A stretch of DNA of 64,000 nt from Clostridia bacterium (lineage in GTDB: Bacteria > Bacillota > Clostridia > Oscillospirales > RGIG8002): positions 34,144-98,143 of the forward strand of contig JAFRVI010000075.1 in NCBI GenBank assembly GCA_017438525.1, written 5' to 3'. This document shows, piece by piece, positions 52,450 to 64,000 of the stretch. The notes beneath the pieces are model-generated. The model was not told the origin of the DNA and made no database searches. It saw only the letters and a program-made list of their open reading frames with translations. How positions within the stretch are numbered: position 1 is the stretch's first letter; each line of letters starts with the position of its first letter. A program made the position numbers and the translations under genes.

Positions 52450-52551
52450 TTATATAAAAACCCGCGCATTTTATCATCTTTCACTTTTCATTTTCAAAAC
52501 CTCGTGGTATAATATACAATATGTTATTATGAGAGATTGTGGGGTGATCGC

Positions 52552-54515
52552 GTGGATAGATTTCAGCTCGTTTCCGAATACAAGCCGACCGGCGATCAGC
52601 CGCAGGCGATAGACAAGCTCGCGAGCGGAGTGGAGAAGGGCTTTCGCGAGCAGGTCCTGCTCGGCGTTACCGGCTCGGGCAAGACCTTCACGATGGCGAA
52701 CGTCATCGCGCGCGTGAACCGCCCGACGCTTGTGCTCGCGCACAACAAAACGCTCGCCGCGCAGCTTTGCAGCGAGCTCAAAGAGTTCTTTCCGAACAAC
52801 GCCGTTGAATACTTCGTGTCGTATTACGACTACTACCAGCCGGAAGCGTACATCCCCGCGACCGACTCATATATCGAAAAAGACTGCGCGATAAACGACG
52901 AGATCGACAAGCTCCGCCACTCCGCGACCTGCTCGCTTTCGGAGCGGCGCGACGTGATCGTCGTTTCATCCGTCTCCTGCATCTACACGCTCGGCAACCC
53001 GATCGACTACCGCAACATGATAATCTCGCTGCGCCCGGGTATGAAGTGGGATCGCGACGCGCTTATCCGCAAGCTCGTTTCGCTGAAATACGAGCGAAAC
53101 GATATCAACTTCGTCCGCAACAAGTTCCGCGTCCGCGGCGACGTCGTGGAGATATACCCCGCATACAACACCGACACCGCGATCCGCGTCGAGCTTTTCG
53201 GCGACGAGGTCGAACGCCTGACCGAGATAAACGTCCTGACCGGCAAGGTGAAGGCGGAGCTGAACCACGCCGGCATCTATCCCGCGTCGCACTACATCGT
53301 TTCCGACGAGAAGCGCGAGGAGGGGCTGCGCCGCATAGAAGAGGAAATGCGCGAACGCGTCGAGTTTTTCCGTGCGCACGACCGCCTTATCGAAGCGCAG
53401 CGCATCGAGCAGCGCACGATGTACGATATCGAAATGCTGCGCGAGACCGGCTTCTGCAACGGTATCGAGAACTACTCCCGCGTGCTCGCGGGCAGGGAAC
53501 CGGGCGCCGTGCCCTTCACGCTGCTCGACTACTTTCCGAGCGACTTCCTGCTCATGGTGGACGAATCGCACGTCACCGTGCCGCAGGTCAGAGCGATGTA
53601 CGCCGGCGACCGCGCGCGCAAAGAAACGCTCGTCGAATACGGCTTCCGCCTGCCGTCCGCGTTCGACAACCGCCCGCTGAACTTCAAGGAGTTCAACGAG
53701 CGCCTCAATCAGATAATCTACGTTTCCGCGACGCCCGCGGAATACGAGCTGGAACGCGCCTCCGCCGTCGCGGAGCAGATAATCCGCCCGACCGGCCTGC
53801 TCGATCCGGAGATCTCCGTCCGCCCGACCGAGAATCAGATCGACGACCTCGTCGGCGAAATAAACGCGCGCATCGAAGCGCAGGAGCGCGTCCTCGTCAC
53901 GACGATGACGAAGAAGATGGCGGAGGACCTCTCCGCGTATCTGGAAACGCTCGGCATCAAGGTCAGATACCTGCATCACGACGTCGACACGATCGAGCGA
54001 ATGGAGATAATACGCGACCTGCGTCTCGGCGAATTCGACGTGCTTGTCGGCATAAACCTCCTGCGCGAAGGTCTCGACATCCCCGAAGTCTCGCTCGTCG
54101 CGATCCTCGACGCCGACAAACAGGGCTTCCTGCGCAGCGGCACTTCGCTCATACAGACCATCGGCCGCGCCGCGCGAAACGCCAACGGCAAGGTCATCAT
54201 GTACGGCGACGAGGTCACCTCCGCGATGGAATACGCCATCCGCGAGACCGACCGTCGCCGCGGCATACAGGCGGCGTACAACGCCGCGAACGGCATAATT
54301 CCGCAGACTATAAAAAAGGACGTCCGCGACATAATCGAGATCTCCACGAAGGAGAAGACCGAGAATATCAACGTCCGAAGACTTTCCGCGAAGGAGCGCG
54401 CCCGCCTCGTCGAACAGCTCACGAAGGAGATGAAGGCGGCGGCGAAGCTGCTTGAATTCGAGCACGCTGCGTTCCTGCGCGATAAGATAAGAAGCATCGA
54501 AAACGGAGAGGGCTA

Positions 54516-54516
<1 letters not shown>
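52552..54516 (+). CDS. uvrB: excinuclease ABC subunit B
   Basis: [25 protein letters not shown], and the C-terminal UVR domain ([11 protein letters not shown]). GTG at 52552 after GGGGTGA. Confidence 0.95.
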
Positions 54517-57345
<2,829 letters not shown>

Positions 57346-57353
<8 letters not shown>

Positions 57354-58326
57354 ACTCAGATGGCACCCGCTTATCAAAGACTGGGTAATGATCGCGTCCA
57401 ACAGACAGAACAGGCCGCAGATGCCGAAAAACGACTGCCCCTTCTGTCCCGGCTCCGGCAAGGTGCCGGATAACTACGACGTATATATGTACCCCAACGA
57501 CTTCCCGGCGTTGAGCCAGACTCCGCCGACGCCCGACCCCGTGGCGACCGACTTCTTCAAGACCGCGGAAGCGTACGGCAAATGCGAGGTCATACTGTAT
57601 TCGCCCGACCATACAAAGCCGATCCGCGAGCTGACAGACGAGCATATGCTCAAGCTCGTCGACCTGTGGGTAGAGCGCTTCAACGCGATGAAAGCCGACG
57701 AGCGCATAAAGTACGTCTTCATCTTCGAGAACAGAGGCGAAGTCGTCGGCGTCACGATGCCGCACCCGCACGGCCAGATCTACGGCTATTCCTTCATGCC
57801 GAAAAAGCTCTGCCTCGAGCTCGACAGCGCGAAGGAACACAAGGAGCAGACCGGCAAATGCCTCTACTGCGACCTGCTCGAGAACGAAGTCAAAGAGCGG
57901 AAGCGTATAATCTTTGAGAACGAATACTTCACCGTTTTCCTGCCGTTTTTCTGCGAATATCCCTACGGCGTCTATATTATGTCGAAGGCGCACAAGGGCG
58001 ATATCACGGAGTTCACCGCGGAAGATCGCTTCGCGCTCGGCGCGACGATACGCCGCGTTTCGGGAACGCTCGATTCGCTTTTCGGAACGAACTTCCCGTA
58101 TATGATGTGTATGCATAACGCGCCTGTGAACAGCGGCGATACGAGAGAATACTTCCACTTCCACATCGAGTTTTTCCCGCCGATGCGCTCGGACGTCAAG
58201 CAGAAGTTCAACGCGTCCAGCGAAACGGGCGCGTGGGCGCACTGCAACCCCACCGCGCCGGAAGAAAAAGCGGAAGAGCTCCGCGCCGCCTATCGGCGCT
58301 TCCTTGAAGCCGACGCGAAGAGATAA
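57346..58326 (+). CDS. galT: galactose-1-phosphate uridylyltransferase (HIT-type)
   Basis: CPFCPG zinc motif and HPHGQIY active site. ATG at 57346 after GGAGGA, overlapping the uvrA stop. Confidence 0.85.
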
Positions 58327-58371
58327 CTTCGCGGTCCTGAATTATGGGAAGATAATCCGCCAACAGACTGT

Positions 58372-58404
58372 TTAACAGCCCCTCTGATGAGGGGCTGTTA
58401 ATTT
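58372..58404 (+). terminator. intrinsic terminator after galT
   Basis: TTAACAGCCCCTC-TGAT-GAGGGGCTGTTAA followed by TTT. Confidence 0.8.
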
Positions 58405-58594
58405 AGCCGATATCAGAACAATACCGTCGAGGATGCTTCTTGCGGAATGCGTTATAGCTGTTAATTCAAAAATCCCTTTCTCTTTGCAGCTTTGCAAAAT
58501 CCGGCTTTTTTCAAATTGATTATTCTACAGTAAACGTGTATAATATTATTAGAGAGAAAAGGGGGATTAGGTCGAATGCTGTAAGGAGTCTGAT

Positions 58595-59047
58595 ATGGGG
58601 TACTATTCGATCGCGCAAATCTCAAAGCTCTTCGGGTTGTCAGATAGGACGCTACGCTCACGTTTGAAGGATGGAACGCTTGTCGGTGAAAAAATCAACG
58701 GCAAGTGGATGATTTCAAGTGAAAGAATATACGATTTTATTTCTTCACCCCAAACTATACCGACGTTGAGAACGAAGGTCGACGGGGTTTATTCGCGGAT
58801 GTTTACATCGAGCGACAACGGAAGAAAGGCATCGGAATATATGCTGTTGTGCCGCTTTCACGACGCTATTGATTATGAGAGCGAAAAAGTGATTGACTTG
58901 ATGATGAAGGCATCGGAAAACAGCGATATTCATTTTTATCGTTTTGTTCAAAAACGCGACTTGATTTATATTATCAAAGGCGAATATTCGGTAGTTCGGA
59001 AAGTTATTAACGAGTTATACTCAATTTATATCGGCATCAAAGAATAA
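58595..59047 (+). CDS. excisionase/MerR-type HTH protein with an unknown C-terminal domain
   Basis: YYSIAQISKLFGLSDRTLRSRLKDGTLVGEKINGKWMIS. AT-rich islet. Confidence 0.55.
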   Translation: MGYYSIAQISKLFGLSDRTLRSRLKDGTLVGEKINGKWMISSERIYDFISSPQTIPTLRTKVDGVYSRMFTSSDNGRKASEYMLLCRFHDAIDYESEKVIDLMMKASENSDIHFYRFVQKRDLIYIIKGEYSVVRKVINELYSIYIGIKE

Positions 59048-59154
59048 ATGCTTTTGTTCCTGTTGAAGAGAAGATGTTCAGGCCCGAGATTGTGTATATC
59101 TGTCTTAAGGAACAAGTTGAGTTTGCTTAAACTCTTTTTATTCACAGATATTAT

Positions 59155-59194
59155 AAGCAGCATCCGTCCATTCACACGGACGGATGCTGCTTTT
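59155..59194. terminator. bidirectional terminator
   Basis: AAGCAGCATCCGTCC-8 nt-GGACGGATGCTGCTT followed by TT. Confidence 0.85.
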
Positions 59195-59208
59195 ATACGG
59201 CTAATAAT

Positions 59209-59955
59209 CTAAACCGCGTTGTCGATCTCTTCCGGCTCCTGATTCTCCGCCTTCGCTTTGTCGCGGCGCTTTTTCGTTATGATTCCGTAGATTAACAGCC
59301 CGACCGCGCTGACGACTACGGTCGCGGAGGTAACGATTATCGCGAGGGTGTAGTCCTTCACGCCGAGCGCGTTGCCCGCGATGACGGACGTGATGATCGA
59401 AGGTATACGCGCGAAGGTCGTTATCAGCAGCCACCTGTGCCATTTTATCGGCGTCAGACCGCCGACGTATGAGAGCAGATCCTTCGGCGTGCCGGGGATG
59501 AAGAAGAGGATGAAGGCGATCAGCTCAAGCCGCTTTTCGTTCTGCAGGAACTTCACCGACTCTATTTTCTCCTTCGGGAAGAACGCTTCCACCGCCTTCA
59601 TGCCGAAATAGCGAGTGAAGGCGAATATCAGCGCGCCGCCGATGAAAACGCCTATAAGGCAGAGCGCGAGCCCCTCGAAAACGCCGAAAGCGTAGCCGGC
59701 GCCGATCTCCAGCGGCTCGCCCGGTATCACCGCGACGACGACCTGAAGCACCTGCATACCGATAAACGCCAGCTTGCCGACGAAGCCGTGCGCGTTCACC
59801 CATTCGCGGAACTGTTCCGGCTCCCTGACGAACTGCAGCATCGGCCGCCCGACAAACCACGCTATCGCCGCAAAAAACGCGATCATCACCGCTATCGAAA
59901 CTATCGTTATTATCTTTTTTGCTTTGGGGGAAAGATGCGTTTCCCGTTTTTCCAT
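59209..59955 (-). CDS. TVP38/TMEM64 (DedA-related) membrane protein
   Basis: Polytopic. VIPGEPLEIGAGYAFG and PGTPKDLLSYVGG motifs. Confidence 0.75.
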   Translation of the reverse strand: MEKRETHLSPKAKKIITIVSIAVMIAFFAAIAWFVGRPMLQFVREPEQFREWVNAHGFVGKLAFIGMQVLQVVVAVIPGEPLEIGAGYAFGVFEGLALCLIGVFIGGALIFAFTRYFGMKAVEAFFPKEKIESVKFLQNEKRLELIAFILFFIPGTPKDLLSYVGGLTPIKWHRWLLITTFARIPSIITSVIAGNALGVKDYTLAIIVTSATVVVSAVGLLIYGIITKKRRDKAKAENQEPEEIDNAV

Positions 59956-59957
59956 AG

Positions 59958-60959
59958 TCAGTCCTCACTGTCCTCGGTGCGCTTTTTCGTGTCCGCTCGG
60001 CGTTTCGCCTTGCCGAGCGGGTTGCTCTCCATCGCCGCCTGCACCTGCTCGTCGCGCACGTGGGTGTATATCTGCGTCGTGCTCAAGCTCTCGTGCCCGA
60101 GTACGTCCTGAAGCACGCGGATGTCCGCGCCGTTCTGATACATCAGCGTAGCGGCGGTGTGCCGCAGTTTGTGGACGGAAAGGTGCTTGCCGCCGAGTCC
60201 GGCGCGGTCGAGCGCCGTGTAGACGACGTGCTGAACGGTCTTCGGACTTATGCGCCGCCCGAGCCGGCTCAGAAAGAGCGCGTCCTTGTCCTTTACGCCG
60301 TTGACGGGGCGGGCGGTGAGGTAGTCGTTTATCGCGTCGCGGCACATCTGATTGAGGAAGAGCGTCCGCTGCTTGTTGCCCTTGCCGGTAACTATGAGAA
60401 ATCCGTCGTCGGCGTTGATATCCTTGACGTTGATCCCGACAAGCTCGCTCAGTCGCATTCCGCAGTTGAGGAAGAGGGTTATCATGCAGTAGTCGCGCGC
60501 TTTGTAGGGCCCGTCCACCGCGTCGAGCAGGTTGACGCTGTCGTCGACGGTGAGGTATTTCGGCAGCGCGCGTTTCAGCTTCGGCGTTTCGAGCTCGCGC
60601 GCGGGACTGTCAGATATGACGCCGGTATGCAGCAGGTATTTGTAGAAGCCGCGTATCGCGGAGCACTTGCGGGCGCGCGCGGCGGCCTGATTGTTGCGCT
60701 CCTGCGCGGTGTAGGTGATGAATTCGAGTATGTCGTTATACGTCACGCTCGTGATGAAAGCGTCGTCGAGACGGGAAATATCGGTCTCGTCGAACGGCTC
60801 GTCCGATAATCCGCGATAGTGCTTCAGAAAGCGGAAAAAGAGCTTCAGATCGGTATAATACTGGCTGACAGTCAGTTTCGATTTGCCCTTGACGGCGGTC
60901 AGATAGTTGATATATTTTCGCACGAGCTCCGGCGCGTCGCTGTAAATCCTGCCGACCAT
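59958..60959 (-). CDS. Xer-like tyrosine recombinase
   Basis: Catalytic residues in context: GMRLSELVG (Arg), HKLRHTAAT (His-x-x-Arg), LGHESLSTTQIYTH (His...Tyr). Confidence 0.8.
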   Translation of the reverse strand: MVGRIYSDAPELVRKYINYLTAVKGKSKLTVSQYYTDLKLFFRFLKHYRGLSDEPFDETDISRLDDAFITSVTYNDILEFITYTAQERNNQAAARARKCSAIRGFYKYLLHTGVISDSPARELETPKLKRALPKYLTVDDSVNLLDAVDGPYKARDYCMITLFLNCGMRLSELVGINVKDINADDGFLIVTGKGNKQRTLFLNQMCRDAINDYLTARPVNGVKDKDALFLSRLGRRISPKTVQHVVYTALDRAGLGGKHLSVHKLRHTAATLMYQNGADIRVLQDVLGHESLSTTQIYTHVRDEQVQAAMESNPLGKAKRRADTKKRTEDSED

Positions 60960-61088
60960 GCCTTTCTCCTTTCAATTATACAAAATCACAATGTGATTAT
61001 ATCATACGTATTCGCGTTTTTCAAGAATTAAAGAGCATAAAAACAGGCAATAATAACTGCGTAGAATCTTTTGAAAGGATATTAGCGT

Positions 61089-63347
61089 ATGAAAGCAGTT
61101 ATTATGGCGGGTGGGGAAGGGACGCGGCTCAGACCTCTGACCTGCGATATGCCGAAGCCGATGGCGCCGCTCTGCGGCAGGCCGGTGATGGACTACACGC
61201 TGGAGCTTCTCGCCCGGCACGGCTTCGACGAGGCGGCGGTCACGCTGATGTATATGCCGCAGGCGATAAGCGAACACTTCGGCGGCGAGGCGCACGGCGT
61301 CAAACTGCGCTACTTCGTCGAGGACGAGCCGCTCGGGACGGCGGGGAGCGTGAAACGCGCTTCCGCGGACTTCGGCGGCGACTTCCTCGTAATAAGCGGC
61401 GACGGGCTCTGCGACTTCGATCTTAAAAGGGTATGGGAATACCACAAAGCGAAGGGCGGCGCGGCGACGATCGTGCTGAAGGGGATGCCGAATCCGCTCG
61501 AATACGGGCTCGTCATGACGGACGCGGACGGGCGCGTCACGCGCTTCCTTGAGAAGCCCGACTGGGCACAGGCGCTGACCGACCTTGTCAACACAGGCGT
61601 TTACGTATTGTCAACCGAAGCTATGAAGCTTGTTCCCGAGGGAAAGTCGTTTGATTTCGGTAAGGAGCTTTTTCCTTTGATGCTCGAAAAGGGGATGCCG
61701 GTATACGGGTATACCGAGAACGGCTACTGGCTGGATATCGGCGATATCGCGACATACGTTTCAGCGCAGTTCGACCTGCTCGACGGCAGGGTGAAGTTCG
61801 ACGCCGCGAAGCCGCCGCGCCGCGCGGGCGTCAAACCGCCTGTCTGGATAGGCGAAAACGTCAGCATCGCGCCGGGCGCTTCGGTGGGAGAATACGCCGT
61901 TATCGGCGACGGATGCCGTATCGCGCAGGGCGCGAGCGTACGCAACAGCGTCGTCGCGGCGGGAAGCTATATCGGCAAACGCGCCGCCCTGCGCGGTGCG
62001 CTCGTCTGCGGCGGCTGCGTTGTGAAGGCGGACGCCGCGATGTACGACGGCAGCGTGCTCGGCGCGGGCAGCGTGCTTTCGGAGGGCTCGGTCGTTTCGC
62101 CGAACGTTCGCATATGGCCCGGAAAGCGCATCGAGCCGAACTCCGGCGTCTACTCCGACGTCGTCAAAGGCGTTTCCGGCGGCGGCCTTATCGAAAACGG
62201 ACTCATCGCAGGAACGATAGGCGCGGATATCACTCCGGAATACGCCGCGCGGATCGGCGCCGCGGCGGCGACGGCGCTGAAGGGCGGTTCCGTTGCCGTT
62301 TCCTGCGACGGCTGTGAGGGCGGCGGTGTGATAAAATCCGCGCTCGTCGCAGGTCTGCTCGGCAGCGGCGTGGAGGCGGTCGACATGGGCGTCCTGCCGC
62401 TGAACGTCTTTTCTTTCGGTGTCGCGGACAGAGAAGTGAAACTCGGGCTCGCGGTCACGGAGAAAGGAATAGCTGTCCGCGACGGGCTTGGGTTTCCGCC
62501 GGTGCGCGAGCTTGCGCGCAGGGTCGAATCGGCGTACCGTCGCGGCGAGTTTTCCCGCGGCGGCTACCGCGAGGCGAAAACGGACTCCGCGGTCTTCAGC
62601 GACTACGCGCGCGAGCTTGAGAAGTTCCGCGCGCCTTTTCCCGTCACCGTCAGCTCGCCGGAGCAGGCGTTCGGGCGGCTGTTTTCGTCGGTATTCACCG
62701 TCGGCGGCAGCGTCCGCGCGCGTATCTCCGCAGACGGTTTTGCTGCTTCATTAGTCGATGAGGAAGGGAGGGAGATCGCGCATTCCCGTCTGCTTTACGG
62801 CATATGCTTCCTGCTTGCCGTCGGCGGCGCAAAGCGCGTTCCGCTCCCGCCTGAAACGCCGAAAACGCTCGCGGAGGCGGTCCGTCAGCTCGGGTGCGAG
62901 CCGCGTATCAGAATGGCGTGCCCGCCGGACAAAAGCGACGACGCTTCGCGCAGGGAGGCCGCGCGCCTGCGCGTGCTTGACGACGCGGTCTTCGGCTGTG
63001 CGTTTCTGCTCAAATCGCTCGCGGAACAAAAACAGCGCGCCGCCGACTTTTTCGCCTCCGTGCCTCACTTCGCGGTAGCAGAGTTCGCCGAGGACTGCGG
63101 CGAACGAAGCGGCGGTATGCTGATCCGCCTGCTCGGCGAAAAGGAAAAGGACTTCACCGCCTCCGCCGAAGGAGTTGACCTGCGCCGCGGAGGCGCGGTC
63201 TGCACCGTCAAGCCCTCCGATCGCGGCAGGCGTCTGCGCCTCGTAGCCGAGGCAAACACCGTCGAAGCCGCGCGGGAGCTTGGCGCGGAGGTGCTCGAAC
63301 GAATCCGCGAAGTCAAAAAAGAACTTGACAATACCCCTTACGGATGA
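61089..63347 (+). CDS. sugar-1-phosphate nucleotidyltransferase fused to a left-handed beta-helix and a phosphohexomutase-like region
   Basis: MKAVIMAGGEGTRLRPLT..PKPM N-terminus, hexapeptide-like repeats around aa 270-340, and a long C-terminal domain. Confidence 0.7.
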   Translation: MKAVIMAGGEGTRLRPLTCDMPKPMAPLCGRPVMDYTLELLARHGFDEAAVTLMYMPQAISEHFGGEAHGVKLRYFVEDEPLGTAGSVKRASADFGGDFLVISGDGLCDFDLKRVWEYHKAKGGAATIVLKGMPNPLEYGLVMTDADGRVTRFLEKPDWAQALTDLVNTGVYVLSTEAMKLVPEGKSFDFGKELFPLMLEKGMPVYGYTENGYWLDIGDIATYVSAQFDLLDGRVKFDAAKPPRRAGVKPPVWIGENVSIAPGASVGEYAVIGDGCRIAQGASVRNSVVAAGSYIGKRAALRGALVCGGCVVKADAAMYDGSVLGAGSVLSEGSVVSPNVRIWPGKRIEPNSGVYSDVVKGVSGGGLIENGLIAGTIGADITPEYAARIGAAAATALKGGSVAVSCDGCEGGGVIKSALVAGLLGSGVEAVDMGVLPLNVFSFGVADREVKLGLAVTEKGIAVRDGLGFPPVRELARRVESAYRRGEFSRGGYREAKTDSAVFSDYARELEKFRAPFPVTVSSPEQAFGRLFSSVFTVGGSVRARISADGFAASLVDEEGREIAHSRLLYGICFLLAVGGAKRVPLPPETPKTLAEAVRQLGCEPRIRMACPPDKSDDASRREAARLRVLDDAVFGCAFLLKSLAEQKQRAADFFASVPHFAVAEFAEDCGERSGGMLIRLLGEKEKDFTASAEGVDLRRGGAVCTVKPSDRGRRLRLVAEANTVEAARELGAEVLERIREVKKELDNTPYG

Positions 63348-63511
63348 TATAATCCATACGGACTCGGGCGGACGGGGCGTGCAAATCGGCGCCCTGATAC
63401 AGACCTTTTTCCCGTCAGCGAAAGGCGGGTAACATAAACAATCAAATACACTCATAATACTTTTCCGAAAGGAAAGGTATGTTTTGGTATGAAAAATCCG
63501 GAGGTACATTT

Positions 63512-64000
63512 TTGAGCAACAGCAAATCCAGGAAAAAAACCGAACAGCGCATTGAAGGCGCGAAAAAGCGTATGACCGCCGCCGAAAAGCAGGCGGCGCG
63601 CGACGCCGCGGACAAGGCGGCGTTTATGGAAAAACTCAACGCGTCCAAAAAGACGCAGGCGGGGCTTCCCGGCACCGATTCCACGCCGATCCCGCTGAAA
63701 AAGCGCGAGGGCAGGGTGGTCGAGATACCCTTCAAGCCCGCGAAGACGCGCGCGAAAAAGCAGCAGGCCGAGCCGAAGCCGGAGCCGCCCAAGCCCGAGC
63801 CGAAAGCCGCGAAGAAAAACCGCAGGCGCGCCGAAAAACCCGCTCCCGCGCAGCCGGAAGCGGCGCCGGCGCAGACCGTGCCGGCTGTAACCGCGCCTTC
63901 CGCGAAGCGGAAGAAGAACCGCAAGGCCGAAAAGTCCGCGTCGCCGCTGAAGATCATGGCGCTCGGCGGACTGCACGAGATCGGCAAGAATCTGTACGTA
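63512..64000 (+). CDS. rnj: ribonuclease J (3' end off-window) with a Lys/Pro/Ala-rich N-terminal extension
   Basis: Ends with LKIMALGGLHEIGKNLYV, the start of the RNase J beta-lactamase core. TTG at 63512 is 7 nt after GGAGG; an in-frame ATG at 63479 is the alternative. Not in the ORF track because the ORF runs off the window. Confidence 0.7.
   Translation, partial: MSNSKSRKKTEQRIEGAKKRMTAAEKQAARDAADKAAFMEKLNASKKTQAGLPGTDSTPIPLKKREGRVVEIPFKPAKTRAKKQQAEPKPEPPKPEPKAAKKNRRRAEKPAPAQPEAAPAQTVPAVTAPSAKRKKNRKAEKSASPLKIMALGGLHEIGKNLYV

Noticed and set aside
52511-52530. Possible LexA (Cheo-box) operator aatatacaatatgttattat at the uvrB promoter.
   Set aside because: The spacing and half-sites do not fit GAAC-N4-GTTC: C..G are 5 nt apart and both half-sites are degenerate. 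It is only a loose AT-rich palindrome.
60984-60998. 15-bp palindrome AATCACAATGTGATT just upstream of the recombinase gene, considered as an operator or recombination site.
   Set aside because: It is a single occurrence with no partner site or known consensus. There is not enough evidence to call it functional.
63442-63987. Two minus-strand ORFs (181 and 174 aa) near the right edge.
   Set aside because: They are antisense to the in-frame N-terminal extension and core of RNase J, which continues off the window.

Overview
A 64-kb chromosomal segment from a GC-rich, spore-forming Firmicute, probably a Clostridia/Oscillospiraceae-like organism. That placement is inferred from synteny with two B. 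subtilis regions: yaaO-holB-yaaT...yabB-yabC and mazG-hup-yabO-yabP-yabQ-divIC-yabR. Most of the window is housekeeping: replication and repair (holB, uvrBA, rnhB, tdk, nrdR), translation and ribosome biogenesis (rplS, rbgA, rsmI), secretion (lepB, secDF), the lysine/threonine branch (asd, dapA, dapB, thrC), sporulation and division genes, two tRNA-Ser genes, a clear THF riboswitch upstream of folT, and a weaker preQ1-type leader upstream of queT. High GC produces many long antisense ORFs in the track, and I reject these. The main finding is a nine-gene operon at about 44.8-52.45 kb. It encodes two SipW-type signal peptidases and seven TasA/camelysin-like secreted paralogs. One paralog has a C-terminal adhesin-like module and one has an LPXTG-like cell-wall sorting signal. 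Hairpins follow the likely major subunits. I interpret this as a heteropolymeric, wall-tethered TasA-type fibre locus. Other accessory signals: (1) an AT-richer cassette (12.4-15.7 kb) encoding an ECF-like sigma factor fused to an ~860-aa extension, bracketed by a diverged 135-bp duplication of the 3' end of an MBL-hydrolase gene; (2) an XRE-TPR regulator cassette flanked by inverted copies of a 45-nt hairpin element; (3) a duplicated tRNA-Ser 3' end that looks like a relic att site; (4) an unannotated 56-aa ferredoxin; (5) low-complexity extensions in SecF, LepB, SipW and RNase J. All family assignments come from motifs read by eye. No searches were run.
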